The position numbers and the translations under genes were made by a program. Under the pieces are notes generated by a model that was not told where the DNA came from, ran no database searches, and saw nothing but the letters and a program-made list of their open reading frames with translations. Positions 1 to 9,847 of a DNA stretch of 36,105 nucleotides are shown here, in pieces. The stretch is from the sequence record SRR31156797_2524. One strand, 5' to 3'. Position 1 is the first letter of the stretch, and each line of letters starts with the position of its first letter.

Positions 1-140
1 TGGCAGCAAAAGGTAAGCGTAGACTCCGATAGTTTACTATAATTTACTACCAAAAACTTTGAACCTGGTACCGCCTGAACTGATGAGAAATTCGGGCTGA
101 CGGTTGACTATAAATATAGCTTGCTCCATGGAGATCTTAT

Positions 141-2180
141 ATGCATTCAGAGATGAAAAAATATGCCCACTGGAATTTTTCCCTGGATAAAGACAATTAC
201 TGCTGGCTGACCCTTGATGTCGCAGAAAAATCGACCAATGTGCTGACCCGGGAAGTTCTGGACGAGTTACGGGAAATTATCCCGATTGTGGAGCAACAAC
301 GCCCGCAGGCATTACTGATTCAATCAGGTAAGGCCAATGGGTTCATTGCCGGAGCAGACATTAATAGCTTCACCACCATAAGCACCCAGGAAGAAGCACT
401 GCAGCTTATACGGCAAGGGCAGGATATTTTTTCCATGATTGAAGACCTCAATTTCCCCACCATGAGCCTTATCCACGGTTTTTGCCTTGGTGGAGGCCTG
501 GAACTGGCGCTTGCCTGTGATTATCGTATTGCCACAGATGAACCAAAAACAAAGATCGGCCTGCCCGAGGTCAAACTGGGGATTCACCCAGGTTTTGGCG
601 GCTCAGTTCGCCTCATACGACTCATTGGGGCACCGGCAGCCCTGCCACTTCTCCTGAGCGGCAAAATCCTGGCTGCACGACAGGCCGCTAAACTTGGTAT
701 CATTACCCATGCAGTGGCGCCGCGCTTACTGCGTTCGGCTGCCAGAAAGACACTTGCACGGGAACCAAAATCCACACGCAAAATCCTACCCAAACTTGCC
801 GACTCTGCTCTAGGCCGTCCACTGGTAGCCATGCTTGCCAGAAAGAAACTAGAGCAACGAGTGAGCAAGGCCCACTACCCCGCCCCCTTTGCCATGCTTG
901 ACCTGTGGGAGAAACATGGCGGCTCTGCTATAAAAATGATGAAAAAGGAAGCCCAATCAGTTTCAGAGCTGATACGTACCCCCACAGCACAAAACCTGAT
1001 AAGAGTCTTTAAGCTGCAGGAAAAGCTAAAATCCCTTCCTGCAGACAAAAGCTTTGCCCCTCGACATGTTCATGTCATAGGTGCAGGGGTCATGGGTGGT
1101 GACATTGCAGCATGGTGTGCTCTAAAGGGTTTTAAGGTCTCCATCCAGGACAGCAGCCATACTATCCTGGCAGGAGCCGTAAAACGTGCAGCCACGTTGT
1201 TTCAACACAAACTCAGGGCAGCTCACCTGGTTAAAGCTGCCCTTGACCGGTTCATACCTGATATTGACGGCACCTGCATCCCAAAAGCAGATGTTATCAT
1301 TGAGGCAATATATGAGGATGTCAGTGCCAAAAAAGAACTCTTTCAGGCTCTTGAACCAAGAATGCGACCTGATACACTGCTGGCGACAAACACCTCCTCA
1401 ATCCCGCTTGAAACCTTAGCAGCAGACCTGAACAAACCTGAAAAACTGATTGGACTCCATTTTTTCAACCCTGTCGCTAAAATGATGCTTGTGGAAGTGG
1501 TCAGCACCACCTATGCAGCAGAAACGGATGTACTCAAGGCCATCGAGTTTACCAAACAAATTGGTAAACTTCCCCTGCCTGTACAAAGTAGCCCTGGTTT
1601 CCTGATCAACCGTATCCTAATGCCCTACCTGCACGAGGCGGCACTGCTTGAGGCTGAAGGAGTTCCACCTTTGGCCATTGACCAGGCTGCCGAGCAGTTT
1701 GGCATGCCGGTCGGCCCTATAGAGTTGATGGACTTGGTCGGGCTAGATATCTGCCACTCGGTAGCGGAATTCATGACCAATGACCCGACCATGAAGATGC
1801 CGGATAATTTACAACAGCTACTCGATCAGGGACGGTTGGGTAAAAAAAGCGGTGCAGGCTATTATACCTACAAAAAGAACCGGCCTGAAAAGCCATCCAT
1901 TGATAAAAAAATGCCAATACCTGGTGATATTGCAGACCGCCTGACTCTACGCCTGATCAATGAAAGTGCAGCCTGTCTTCGCGAAAAAGTGGTGGCAGAT
2001 GGCGACTTGTTGGATGCCGGTATGATTTTCGGCACTGGCTTTGCCCCTTTTCGTGGAGGCATCATCCACTATGTGCATGAACAGTCTCCGGCGACACTGC
2101 TGAATAAAATGCAACAACTGGCAGCGCAATATGGTGAACGTTTTACTCCTGACGAGGGCTGGGGTACAATACTAGTATAA
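141..2180 (+). CDS. fadJ: Fatty-acid oxidation complex alpha subunit (enoyl-CoA hydratase / 3-hydroxyacyl-CoA dehydrogenase), FadJ/FadB family
   Basis: Crotonase motifs FIAGADI, GGGLE and LPEVKLG (both catalytic Glu present). HAD motifs GAGVMG (NAD binding), TNTS, GLHFFNP and PGFLINR. GGAG Shine-Dalgarno (SD) just upstream. Confidence 0.9.
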   Translation: MHSEMKKYAHWNFSLDKDNYCWLTLDVAEKSTNVLTREVLDELREIIPIVEQQRPQALLIQSGKANGFIAGADINSFTTISTQEEALQLIRQGQDIFSMIEDLNFPTMSLIHGFCLGGGLELALACDYRIATDEPKTKIGLPEVKLGIHPGFGGSVRLIRLIGAPAALPLLLSGKILAARQAAKLGIITHAVAPRLLRSAARKTLAREPKSTRKILPKLADSALGRPLVAMLARKKLEQRVSKAHYPAPFAMLDLWEKHGGSAIKMMKKEAQSVSELIRTPTAQNLIRVFKLQEKLKSLPADKSFAPRHVHVIGAGVMGGDIAAWCALKGFKVSIQDSSHTILAGAVKRAATLFQHKLRAAHLVKAALDRFIPDIDGTCIPKADVIIEAIYEDVSAKKELFQALEPRMRPDTLLATNTSSIPLETLAADLNKPEKLIGLHFFNPVAKMMLVEVVSTTYAAETDVLKAIEFTKQIGKLPLPVQSSPGFLINRILMPYLHEAALLEAEGVPPLAIDQAAEQFGMPVGPIELMDLVGLDICHSVAEFMTNDPTMKMPDNLQQLLDQGRLGKKSGAGYYTYKKNRPEKPSIDKKMPIPGDIADRLTLRLINESAACLREKVVADGDLLDAGMIFGTGFAPFRGGIIHYVHEQSPATLLNKMQQLAAQYGERFTPDEGWGTILV

Positions 2181-2233
2181 GTTCTTTGCCCTGACAAACA
2201 TGTCATCTTCGACCCACGAGAAGAGGATTATCT

Positions 2234-4027
2234 ATGCGGCGACACACAGATTATATAGCTCCTGATCATGTACAGACACTGCACGGTCTTTTCTTAAGAC
2301 GTCTTTCCCGTAGCCCTCAGGCAACCGCCTACAGATACTTCAACAAAACAAATGAAACATGGGAAGATATATCCTGGCTGGAGATGGGTGAGAGAGTCGC
2401 CCTCTGGAAGGCAGCCTTGGCTCAAGAACAACTTGAAGCAGGAGAAAGAGTTGCTCTGATGCTCCCTAATAGTCCTGAGTGGGTATGCTTTGATTTAGCA
2501 GCTCTCTCACTGGGGCTTGTTGTTGTTCCTCTCTTTGCCAATGATCGGCCAGAAAACATTGCTTATATCCTTGAGGAAACGGATACCAAAGTCCTGCTTT
2601 GCCCTGGCCTTTCCTACTGGAACGATCTTGAACCGGTACTGCACAGGCTCAAAAACATTCAACGCATTGTTACCCTGGATTTCTGCAAAGTGCAGGACGA
2701 AGATCCCCGGATACAGTGCAGCAGTGACTGGCTTGCCTGCAAACCTATGGCACTGGACACAGAGTTTAGCAATGGTGATTCTTTAGCATCCATTGTTTTC
2801 ACCTCCGGTACCACCGGCCCACCCAAGGGTGTTATGCTCAACCACCGTCATATCCTGGAAAACAGTTATGCAGGGCTGCAGACAATTACTATTTACCAGG
2901 AAGACCTCTTTCTTTCGTTTTTACCTATGTCCCATATGCTGGAAAGAACCGTGGGCTATTACCTGCCGATCATGGCGGGTGCCACCGTGGCTTTTGTCCG
3001 CTCTATTCCTCAATTGCGAGAGGACCTGCAGCAGCTGCAGCCAACTGCCCTGATAGCGGTACCTCGTATTTTTGAAAAAATTCATGCTGGTATCAAAAGC
3101 TCACTGGCGAAAAAAAGCAGCCTTGCACAACGATTATTTTCGCTGGCTGTCGAAACAGGTTGGCATCGTTTTGAGTATGAACAAAAAAGAGCATCCTGGT
3201 CACCTCTTCTCCTGCTCCACCCTCTGCTTGATAAGCTTGTCGCTGCCAAGGTGAGGCAACAGCTTGGCGGTAACTTACGCATTATTATCAGTGGCGGGGC
3301 GGCCCTTTCCCCTGAAATAACAAAGCTTTTTTTAGGTTTGGGTCTTCCCCTCTGTCAGGGATACGGCCTGACAGAAACCAGCCCGGTTGTCAGTGTCAAC
3401 CGGGTGGAAGACAACCTGCCTTCTGGAGTAGGCCCCCCTTTGCCTGGAGTTGAGGTAAAAACTGGCAAGGACAACGAACTCCTGGTGCGCGGCAGCTGCG
3501 TAATGGCTGGGTATTGGAAAGATTCGGCAGCCACAGCCCAGACAATGACAGCTGACGGCTGGCTGCGCACCGGTGATCAGGTTACAATAAAAAACAACCA
3601 CATTCAGATCATAGGTAGACTCAAAGAAATCCTCGTCCTCAGTAATAGTGAGAAAGTTGCCCCCGTGGACCTAGAAATGGCCATCACTCTGGACCCTCTC
3701 TTTGAGCAAGTTATGGTTATTGGCGAGGGCCGACCTTTTCTCACTATGGTTGCCGTGCTAGATCCGGATGCATGGGCAGAACTCCGTGCCGAACTGCACC
3801 TTCCCGACAGTGAAAATTCGCTCCATTCTGATAAACTGCAGCAAGATGCGCTTGCAAGGGTTGATCAACGCCTCCAGGCCTTCCCCGGATTTGCCTGGAT
3901 TAAACAGGCCGTGCTCACTCTGGAGCCATGGACGGTTGAAAACGGATTACTCACCCCTACTCTCAAAATAAAACGGGAAAAGATTGCCGACCTGATGCAG
4001 GAGGAAATTGAAAAGATGTATACTTAA
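2234..4027 (+). CDS. AMP-dependent long-chain fatty-acid-CoA ligase (FadD15/FAA1-like)
   Basis: ANL-family motifs FTSGTTGPPKG, GYGLTET, GWLRTGD, GRLKE and LTPTLKIKR. GAGGA SD. Follows the fadJ-like gene on the same strand. Confidence 0.9.
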   Translation: MRRHTDYIAPDHVQTLHGLFLRRLSRSPQATAYRYFNKTNETWEDISWLEMGERVALWKAALAQEQLEAGERVALMLPNSPEWVCFDLAALSLGLVVVPLFANDRPENIAYILEETDTKVLLCPGLSYWNDLEPVLHRLKNIQRIVTLDFCKVQDEDPRIQCSSDWLACKPMALDTEFSNGDSLASIVFTSGTTGPPKGVMLNHRHILENSYAGLQTITIYQEDLFLSFLPMSHMLERTVGYYLPIMAGATVAFVRSIPQLREDLQQLQPTALIAVPRIFEKIHAGIKSSLAKKSSLAQRLFSLAVETGWHRFEYEQKRASWSPLLLLHPLLDKLVAAKVRQQLGGNLRIIISGGAALSPEITKLFLGLGLPLCQGYGLTETSPVVSVNRVEDNLPSGVGPPLPGVEVKTGKDNELLVRGSCVMAGYWKDSAATAQTMTADGWLRTGDQVTIKNNHIQIIGRLKEILVLSNSEKVAPVDLEMAITLDPLFEQVMVIGEGRPFLTMVAVLDPDAWAELRAELHLPDSENSLHSDKLQQDALARVDQRLQAFPGFAWIKQAVLTLEPWTVENGLLTPTLKIKREKIADLMQEEIEKMYT

Positions 4028-4068
4028 GGGTAGATTGAAAAGAATCCTTTTTCAAAGATACCCTTAAG
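4023..4068. repeat. 46-bp palindromic element / hairpin overlapping the acyl-CoA ligase stop codon
   Basis: Perfect 10-bp inverted repeat (IR) CTTAAGGGTA (4023-4032) / TACCCTTAAG (4059-4068), with inner IR TTGAAAA (4035-4041) / TTTTCAA (4049-4055). Confidence 0.6.
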
Positions 4069-4084
4069 CCCTGAGGAGACGAAC

Positions 4085-6217
4085 TTGCATAGGATCAGCA
4101 AAGCGGTAGTACGTGATGATGCCGTAAAAAAATCCTCAGGAAAGGCTGAGTACATTTCCGATCTGTGCTTCCCCGGAATGCTGCATATGGCGATTAAGCC
4201 GGCGGACATTCAGCACGCCCGTATTCTCAATATAAACATCCCCGAACTGCCTGAAAACTACACCGTTATTAATGGTGAAGACTTCAAAGGACAAAACCGA
4301 GCGATTATTCTTGCCGAGGACTGGCCTTTTTTTGCCGAAGACGAGGTGCTTTATTATGGTCAGCCCCTGCTTGCAGTGGCCGGACCAGAGCTTGAGATCT
4401 GTGAAAAAATCTGTTCCGAGATCACAGCTGAATATGAAGCCCTTCCAGCAATATCAGTAATCGAGGAAGCCCAGGTATTTTTCAATGACTTTCATATCGT
4501 TAAAGGATACCCCGAAAAAGCTTTTATAAATGCGGCCCATATATTCGAAAACTCCTACCGGACCGGCATGCAGGAGCAGGCATATATGGAGCCACAGGGT
4601 ATGATTGCAGATTTCCCAGACGACATACTGGTGGTTCGAGGGACCATGCAGTGTCCCTATTATGTGAGAAATTCGTTGATGAAGGCGCTGGCACTTGATA
4701 CGGATCATGTGAGAGTTATTCAGACTGTAACTGGCGGTGCATTCGGCGGTAAAGAAGATTTTCCTTCGATCCTTGCAGGTCAGGCTGCTGCTGCTGCGGT
4801 TAAAACAGGTCGCCCGGTCAAGATAGTGCTCGACAGACGACTTGACATGCAGCTCAGCCCTAAAAGGCACCCTTCGCTGATCCATATACGGACTGCTGTT
4901 GATAAAAACTGGAAAATCACCGCAATGGATATCGATTGTAGAATTGATGCCGGGGCTTACCAGACCCTCTCCAAAGTTGTTCTTGAGCGTGCGATATTTA
5001 TCTGCACAGGAGCGTATAATATAAAAAATGTGCATGTGCGTGGACGCACCATGAAAACAAACCATATTCCCTCGGGAGCCTTCCGTGGCTTTGGCGGTCC
5101 CCAGGCACATTTTGCAGCTGACATGAATATGCATTTTCTTGCAAGTAAACTTAATACCCCCCCCCTCGAATTGAAAAAAAAATATCTCTACAAACAAGGT
5201 GATCATTCCGTAACGAGTGGCACTTTCCGCGACGAGATTACATTTGATGAGATGATTGAAAAGATAGAAAAAGCGTCCGAGTACAGTAAAAAATGGGAGG
5301 AGTACAACAGCAAGGGAGTGGGCAATCCCTCTAGGGGAATCGGAATATCATTTTCAGCCCACGGAGGTGCATTTACCGGAAGCGGAGAACAGGACATAAT
5401 TAAAAGTCTCGTCCGGCTCTCGGCTGAAAGATCAGAATCAGAAGATTACATTGTCCGCATTCTTGTTTCCAATGTTGAGATGGGCCAGGGGCCTTCGACA
5501 ACACTGAGAAAAATCGTAGCCGAAACCATGTATCTGCCACTTGGGCGAATCGTTTTTAACCAATCGGATACTGACGAGGTTCCCGATTCAGGTCCCACAG
5601 TTGCCTCGCGTACCATAATGATAGTGGGAAAGCTATTACATGATGCAGCCGAAGAGCTTCTGGAAAAAATCAATTCAGGTCATGTCCCCCAAGACGGCGA
5701 ACCGGTTGACGTAAAAAAACGATATGTGCACCCTCAGGAATTTGAATGGGATGAATCCACTTTCACAGGCGATGCCTATCCTGCTTATTCCTGGTCGACA
5801 AATGTGATAGAGGTTGAGGTTGACCCGCTCACCTATGCAATCAAAGTAATAGGGTCATGGGCAGTCTATGATGTTGGCACTCCGATAGATTTAGGTATTA
5901 TAAAAGGCCAGATGCAGGGAGGCGCTGCCCAGAGCTTGGGTCATGCTTGCCTTGAAAAGATGGAAAGAATCAACGGCATGACTGCCCAGTTATCCTTTAC
6001 GGATTACACTATACCGACCACCCTCGATTTTCCGGATCTGCAATGCCAGTTCATCGATAATCCCTATCGCTACGGCCCCTTTGGTGCAAAAGCAGCAGGT
6101 GAACTACCAAACATTGGACCTGCAGCAGCCTTTGCAGCTGCTGTCTCCCAGGCCGCAAGAACAATAATTACTGAAATTCCTGTTACCCCTGAAAAGCTGG
6201 AAGCCGAACTCCGATGA
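4085..6217 (+). CDS. Xanthine dehydrogenase family molybdopterin-binding (large) subunit
   Basis: Motifs QAYMEPQ, GGAFGGK, AFRGFGGPQ, EMGQG, DSGPTVASR, GQMQGG and GAKAAGE (catalytic Glu). TTG start with GAGGAG SD at 4073-4078. Confidence 0.92.
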   Translation: MHRISKAVVRDDAVKKSSGKAEYISDLCFPGMLHMAIKPADIQHARILNINIPELPENYTVINGEDFKGQNRAIILAEDWPFFAEDEVLYYGQPLLAVAGPELEICEKICSEITAEYEALPAISVIEEAQVFFNDFHIVKGYPEKAFINAAHIFENSYRTGMQEQAYMEPQGMIADFPDDILVVRGTMQCPYYVRNSLMKALALDTDHVRVIQTVTGGAFGGKEDFPSILAGQAAAAAVKTGRPVKIVLDRRLDMQLSPKRHPSLIHIRTAVDKNWKITAMDIDCRIDAGAYQTLSKVVLERAIFICTGAYNIKNVHVRGRTMKTNHIPSGAFRGFGGPQAHFAADMNMHFLASKLNTPPLELKKKYLYKQGDHSVTSGTFRDEITFDEMIEKIEKASEYSKKWEEYNSKGVGNPSRGIGISFSAHGGAFTGSGEQDIIKSLVRLSAERSESEDYIVRILVSNVEMGQGPSTTLRKIVAETMYLPLGRIVFNQSDTDEVPDSGPTVASRTIMIVGKLLHDAAEELLEKINSGHVPQDGEPVDVKKRYVHPQEFEWDESTFTGDAYPAYSWSTNVIEVEVDPLTYAIKVIGSWAVYDVGTPIDLGIIKGQMQGGAAQSLGHACLEKMERINGMTAQLSFTDYTIPTTLDFPDLQCQFIDNPYRYGPFGAKAAGELPNIGPAAAFAAAVSQAARTIITEIPVTPEKLEAELR

Positions 6218-7620
6218 GCCCGACATTTACAGTACACTTTGAGCTTGACGGACGCAGTGTCTCGTTTGAGACAAATCCAGCTCGGCGACTGCTTGATTTA
6301 CTCAGACAGGAAGCTGGTATTTACGGAGTACGAGAAGGATGCGGAGAGGGGGAGTGCGGTTCCTGCAGCGTCTTCCTGGACGGCAGGCTTGTCAACTCCT
6401 GCTGCGTGCCTGCTGTTAACGTTCACGGCTGCTGCGTTACAACGATCGAAGGATTTGCCCAAACAGAGGAATTCACCCTCATTTCAGATGCCTATGCCGA
6501 TTCAGGAGCTGTCCAATGCGGGTTCTGCACCCCAGGATTTATCATAGCCACAGCTGCTCTGCTTAAACAAAACCCCAAGCCCACCGATGAAGAAATCCGA
6601 ACAGGCCTATCCGGCGTTCTTTGCCGGTGCACAGGCTATACGATGATCATCGAAGCTGTCAGGCGTGCTGCAGAAAAGCTTCAATTCGACCAGCAACCAC
6701 CCATAGCAACTTTAACAGATAAGGAGACATTGATCCCTCAAACCATTGAAGACGCGGTTAAGCTTCTCAGTGATGGTTACAGGCCGGTCGCAGGTGGAAC
6801 GGATCTCATCGTGCGCCGCCATGCATTATTGAAATCCAATCCTTTATGTGCCGGTTCGGGCAGACTCTTCAGCTGCAGACAGATAGCTGGTACCGACAGG
6901 ATGTACACAGAAAACGGTAGGCTTACAGTGGGCTGCAGGGTAAGTCTTACTGATATAATAACGTTTCCTGAATGCCCACCACTGCTGCGTGAGGCACTTT
7001 CGTCCATAGCAGCCCCAGGTATTAGAAACGCGGCAACCCTCGTCGGTAACATCTGTAATGCCAGCCCTGCTGCAGATTCACTGCCTGCCTTATATCTGCT
7101 CAATGCAACAATAAAAACGTCGGGTAATTCAGGAACAAGGGAAATTCCGCTTGAGAATTTCATTACCGGTCCAGGCAGAACGCTCTTAAAGAGTGATGAG
7201 TTTGTCACCTCTGTCAGCTGTGAAGCAGGTACAGATAATTATTGTTGGACATTCAGGAAAGTCGGGACAAGGGCAGCTAACGCGCTTTCAAAACTGAACA
7301 TAGCTGCATTATGGAGAAATGAAGCCGATACCGTAACCGATTTCAGGCTTGCTATTGGAGCCTGTGCCCCTACTGTAATTCGAAGCAATGAAGCGGAAAT
7401 GCTGATAATCGGATCAAAAATTACAGAAGCTAAGAAACACTTACCTGAATGCCTTTCAATTTACAGCACATTAATTAAGCCGATAAACGATCAACGCAGC
7501 ACCGCTGTATACAGAAAAAATACGGCTCTCAAACTCATCGATCACATCATTCAAACTGTTGCAGCAATGACGGAAACAACAAATCGGCAATCGATTAATC
7601 AACCTTTTCATACAAAATAG
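6214..7620 (+). CDS. Xanthine dehydrogenase family fused 2x[2Fe-2S] + FAD-binding subunit (XdhA-like architecture)
   Basis: CGEGECGSC, QCGFCTPG and CRCTGY Fe-S motifs, followed by FAD motifs AGGTDL and IRNAATLVGN...SPAADS. ATGA overlap with the upstream gene. Confidence 0.9.
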   Translation: MSPTFTVHFELDGRSVSFETNPARRLLDLLRQEAGIYGVREGCGEGECGSCSVFLDGRLVNSCCVPAVNVHGCCVTTIEGFAQTEEFTLISDAYADSGAVQCGFCTPGFIIATAALLKQNPKPTDEEIRTGLSGVLCRCTGYTMIIEAVRRAAEKLQFDQQPPIATLTDKETLIPQTIEDAVKLLSDGYRPVAGGTDLIVRRHALLKSNPLCAGSGRLFSCRQIAGTDRMYTENGRLTVGCRVSLTDIITFPECPPLLREALSSIAAPGIRNAATLVGNICNASPAADSLPALYLLNATIKTSGNSGTREIPLENFITGPGRTLLKSDEFVTSVSCEAGTDNYCWTFRKVGTRAANALSKLNIAALWRNEADTVTDFRLAIGACAPTVIRSNEAEMLIIGSKITEAKKHLPECLSIYSTLIKPINDQRSTAVYRKNTALKLIDHIIQTVAAMTETTNRQSINQPFHTK

Positions 7621-7681
7621 AAAAAAATACACTCAATCAGGATACCTTGCATCGCGTATTCTACACCTCTGCAGCTCGCAG

Positions 7682-9847
7682 TTATCGTTGGGTTGCCACC
7701 TCCTCAACAAACAGACTGACTCGTTGAAAAACCTTTTCCGCCCCAGAACCCTGGACAATGACGTGGCGATCAGAACTCATTAAAAGGTACTCTTTTTGTA
7801 CACTTGTCAGACGGTCAAAAAGTTTTCGCGAACCTTTTCTGCTCACAACCGGATCATGGTCTGCGTGGATGACCAGTGAGGGCGCGGCAACCTGTATCAA
7901 CCTTTTTTGCAGCTCATCAAGTAAATTGCCCACTTCTCTAATACCTTGGAGAGGATTGCGATCATAATTTATATGGGGACTTTCTGCTGCAAACTCTAAA
8001 AACTGCTCATCGGGATCTTCCCCTTTAATTTTTTGCACCATTTTGTTCCATGTATCACTGGCAGGCATAAATCTTGATGAGTAATCCCTGAGTTGCATTG
8101 GCGGACAGATCGCAAACACACCTGCTACCTCCGGAACACGTGACGCCAAATGCAGTGCCAGGCTGCCTCCGACAGAGACCCCACCTACAATAACCCTGCG
8201 GCACGTATTACTCAGCAAGGCATATCCTGCATCAACCTCATTCACCCAATCCTGGTAACTGCAACCGGCAAGATCGGCAGCACACGTTCCATGTCCAGGC
8301 AATCTCGGCGCATACACCCAGTACCCCTTTTTATTTAAATAGCGGGCAAATTCCATCACCTCCAAGGGGGTTGCAAGATAACTATGGATAAGTAGGATAC
8401 CGGTACGCTTCTGTACACTTGAATAAAAAAGAGGCTTACCTGAACCCTTTTGTATCACAGACATACTGCACCACTTCTCTAATGCTCGCTGGTACTGCTT
8501 GTTTGCCTTGTTGAGCAAGTAACGAATAAGGAAAAGCTTAAGCAAAAAATCTGGCTGCCAGGCGAGAGAATACAAAAATTTCTGCAACGTCTGCAGCGGC
8601 TCGACTTCATTGGCAATCACTTCAACAGGGTTATCAATTCTTCCCCGGTGAAAGCTGACCGGTGCTGACAGTTTTGACCGATCACGAACAAGTGTTTCTC
8701 CCTCCCTGGTCACAATCCCTTTATCAATAGCGAGCTGGAGAAAATTTTCAAATTTCTTATACCTATCATCAACAACCAAATGACTCTGATCCTCCTGCAG
8801 CGACTTATGCAAAAAAAGATGCCGATATTGACGCTCCTGGAGCAGGGAGGCAGCATAAAAAACCCGTCTCTGTAAATCTTTTTGCTGAATTTTTTCGTAG
8901 GGGTACATCCGGAGGAAGGAGGCAAAAAGGTGCTCATGATTTATAGTAGTCATGGAATAAATAGCATGCATATACTGCTGCATAACCAAGCGGCCGCATT
9001 CCTGAATAACTGTATTAAGAAAAGGAGCACCAACAAAGCTGGTAAAGTCTGACTGGAGCAGTTCTTCATCACTCACCAGGCTGGCGAGCTGTGCTGCAAT
9101 ATCGATGGGCTTACCAAAACGAATATCAACATCAACCCCGGCAAGCAACATGGTTCCCTCGGTCATTATCTCTTCGAGAACCCTTTCAGACACCCCTTTA
9201 ACCAATTTTTCGGTAAGGGTGGAGGCAACGTTTTCATGGGCACGCAAAGGGTAATAGGTGAGATTGACCGGCACAATGGTTGGTGAGGCGTTGCCCATCT
9301 CTTCTACTGATCCAAGCCCCAGATACTCCAGCGAGCAGCTGGCCTGGGGAGTCCTTTTCTTAGAGTGAAGTAACAAATACCGTCTAAACAGTTCGGCACG
9401 CAAACCGAGGGTTGCCGCACCGGTATGCGGCTCATGCATACCTTTGGGGTCAGTTACCATGTACTTTCCACCGTGCATGATCTTTTTCGTTTTGATCATG
9501 CTGCCCTCGGGGAAAATTATCCAATTAGCTTCGCCGGTAAGCAGCGTTTTAATGATAAGTTCGTCACGCTGTGGATCTTTGGTGGAAACTGCACCAACCA
9601 GTTCGAGAAAATGACCGAATCCTCCCTGAAAAAGTTTGGCATTGGCCAGGGACCAGACAGGAATTCCTGTCAGGGTAAAAATTTGGGAAGGGAGAAGGAA
9701 TGTTTCGATTCTAGTAAAATGATTCACAACAAAAATAGCAGCATTATTAGGGAGATGTTCCCTGCCATGGACTACTATATTTGCCTTTGAGAGGCGGGAG
9801 AGCGTTTTGATGGCCATCCCTGTGGTGAGATACGCTGAGCGGTTCAT
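7682..9847 (-). CDS. Fusion of PlsC/GPAT-like acyltransferase (N-term) and alpha/beta-hydrolase carboxylesterase/lipase (C-term)
   Basis: N-term NHFTRIE (HX4D/E) and IFPEG acyltransferase motifs. C-term LPGHG, GVSVG nucleophile elbow, DHDPVV Asp and DRHVI His. Confidence 0.8.
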   Translation of the reverse strand: MNRSAYLTTGMAIKTLSRLSKANIVVHGREHLPNNAAIFVVNHFTRIETFLLPSQIFTLTGIPVWSLANAKLFQGGFGHFLELVGAVSTKDPQRDELIIKTLLTGEANWIIFPEGSMIKTKKIMHGGKYMVTDPKGMHEPHTGAATLGLRAELFRRYLLLHSKKRTPQASCSLEYLGLGSVEEMGNASPTIVPVNLTYYPLRAHENVASTLTEKLVKGVSERVLEEIMTEGTMLLAGVDVDIRFGKPIDIAAQLASLVSDEELLQSDFTSFVGAPFLNTVIQECGRLVMQQYMHAIYSMTTINHEHLFASFLRMYPYEKIQQKDLQRRVFYAASLLQERQYRHLFLHKSLQEDQSHLVVDDRYKKFENFLQLAIDKGIVTREGETLVRDRSKLSAPVSFHRGRIDNPVEVIANEVEPLQTLQKFLYSLAWQPDFLLKLFLIRYLLNKANKQYQRALEKWCSMSVIQKGSGKPLFYSSVQKRTGILLIHSYLATPLEVMEFARYLNKKGYWVYAPRLPGHGTCAADLAGCSYQDWVNEVDAGYALLSNTCRRVIVGGVSVGGSLALHLASRVPEVAGVFAICPPMQLRDYSSRFMPASDTWNKMVQKIKGEDPDEQFLEFAAESPHINYDRNPLQGIREVGNLLDELQKRLIQVAAPSLVIHADHDPVVSRKGSRKLFDRLTSVQKEYLLMSSDRHVIVQGSGAEKVFQRVSLFVEEVATQR

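Noticed and set aside
80..90. CTGATGAGAAA resembles the hammerhead ribozyme core (CUGAUGA...GAAA)
   Set aside because: No stem II lies between CUGAUGA and GAAA, and I found no stem III or cleavage triplet arrangement.
4454..5206. 250-aa minus-strand ORF inside the molybdoenzyme gene (likewise 27234-27974 inside the PPDK-like gene)
   Set aside because: Fully antisense to motif-supported genes, with unnatural composition.
4085..7620. Selenocysteine recoding or frameshift in the molybdoenzyme genes
   Set aside because: Both ORFs are complete. The TGA at 6215-6217 falls at the normal C-terminus and is part of an ATGA overlap.
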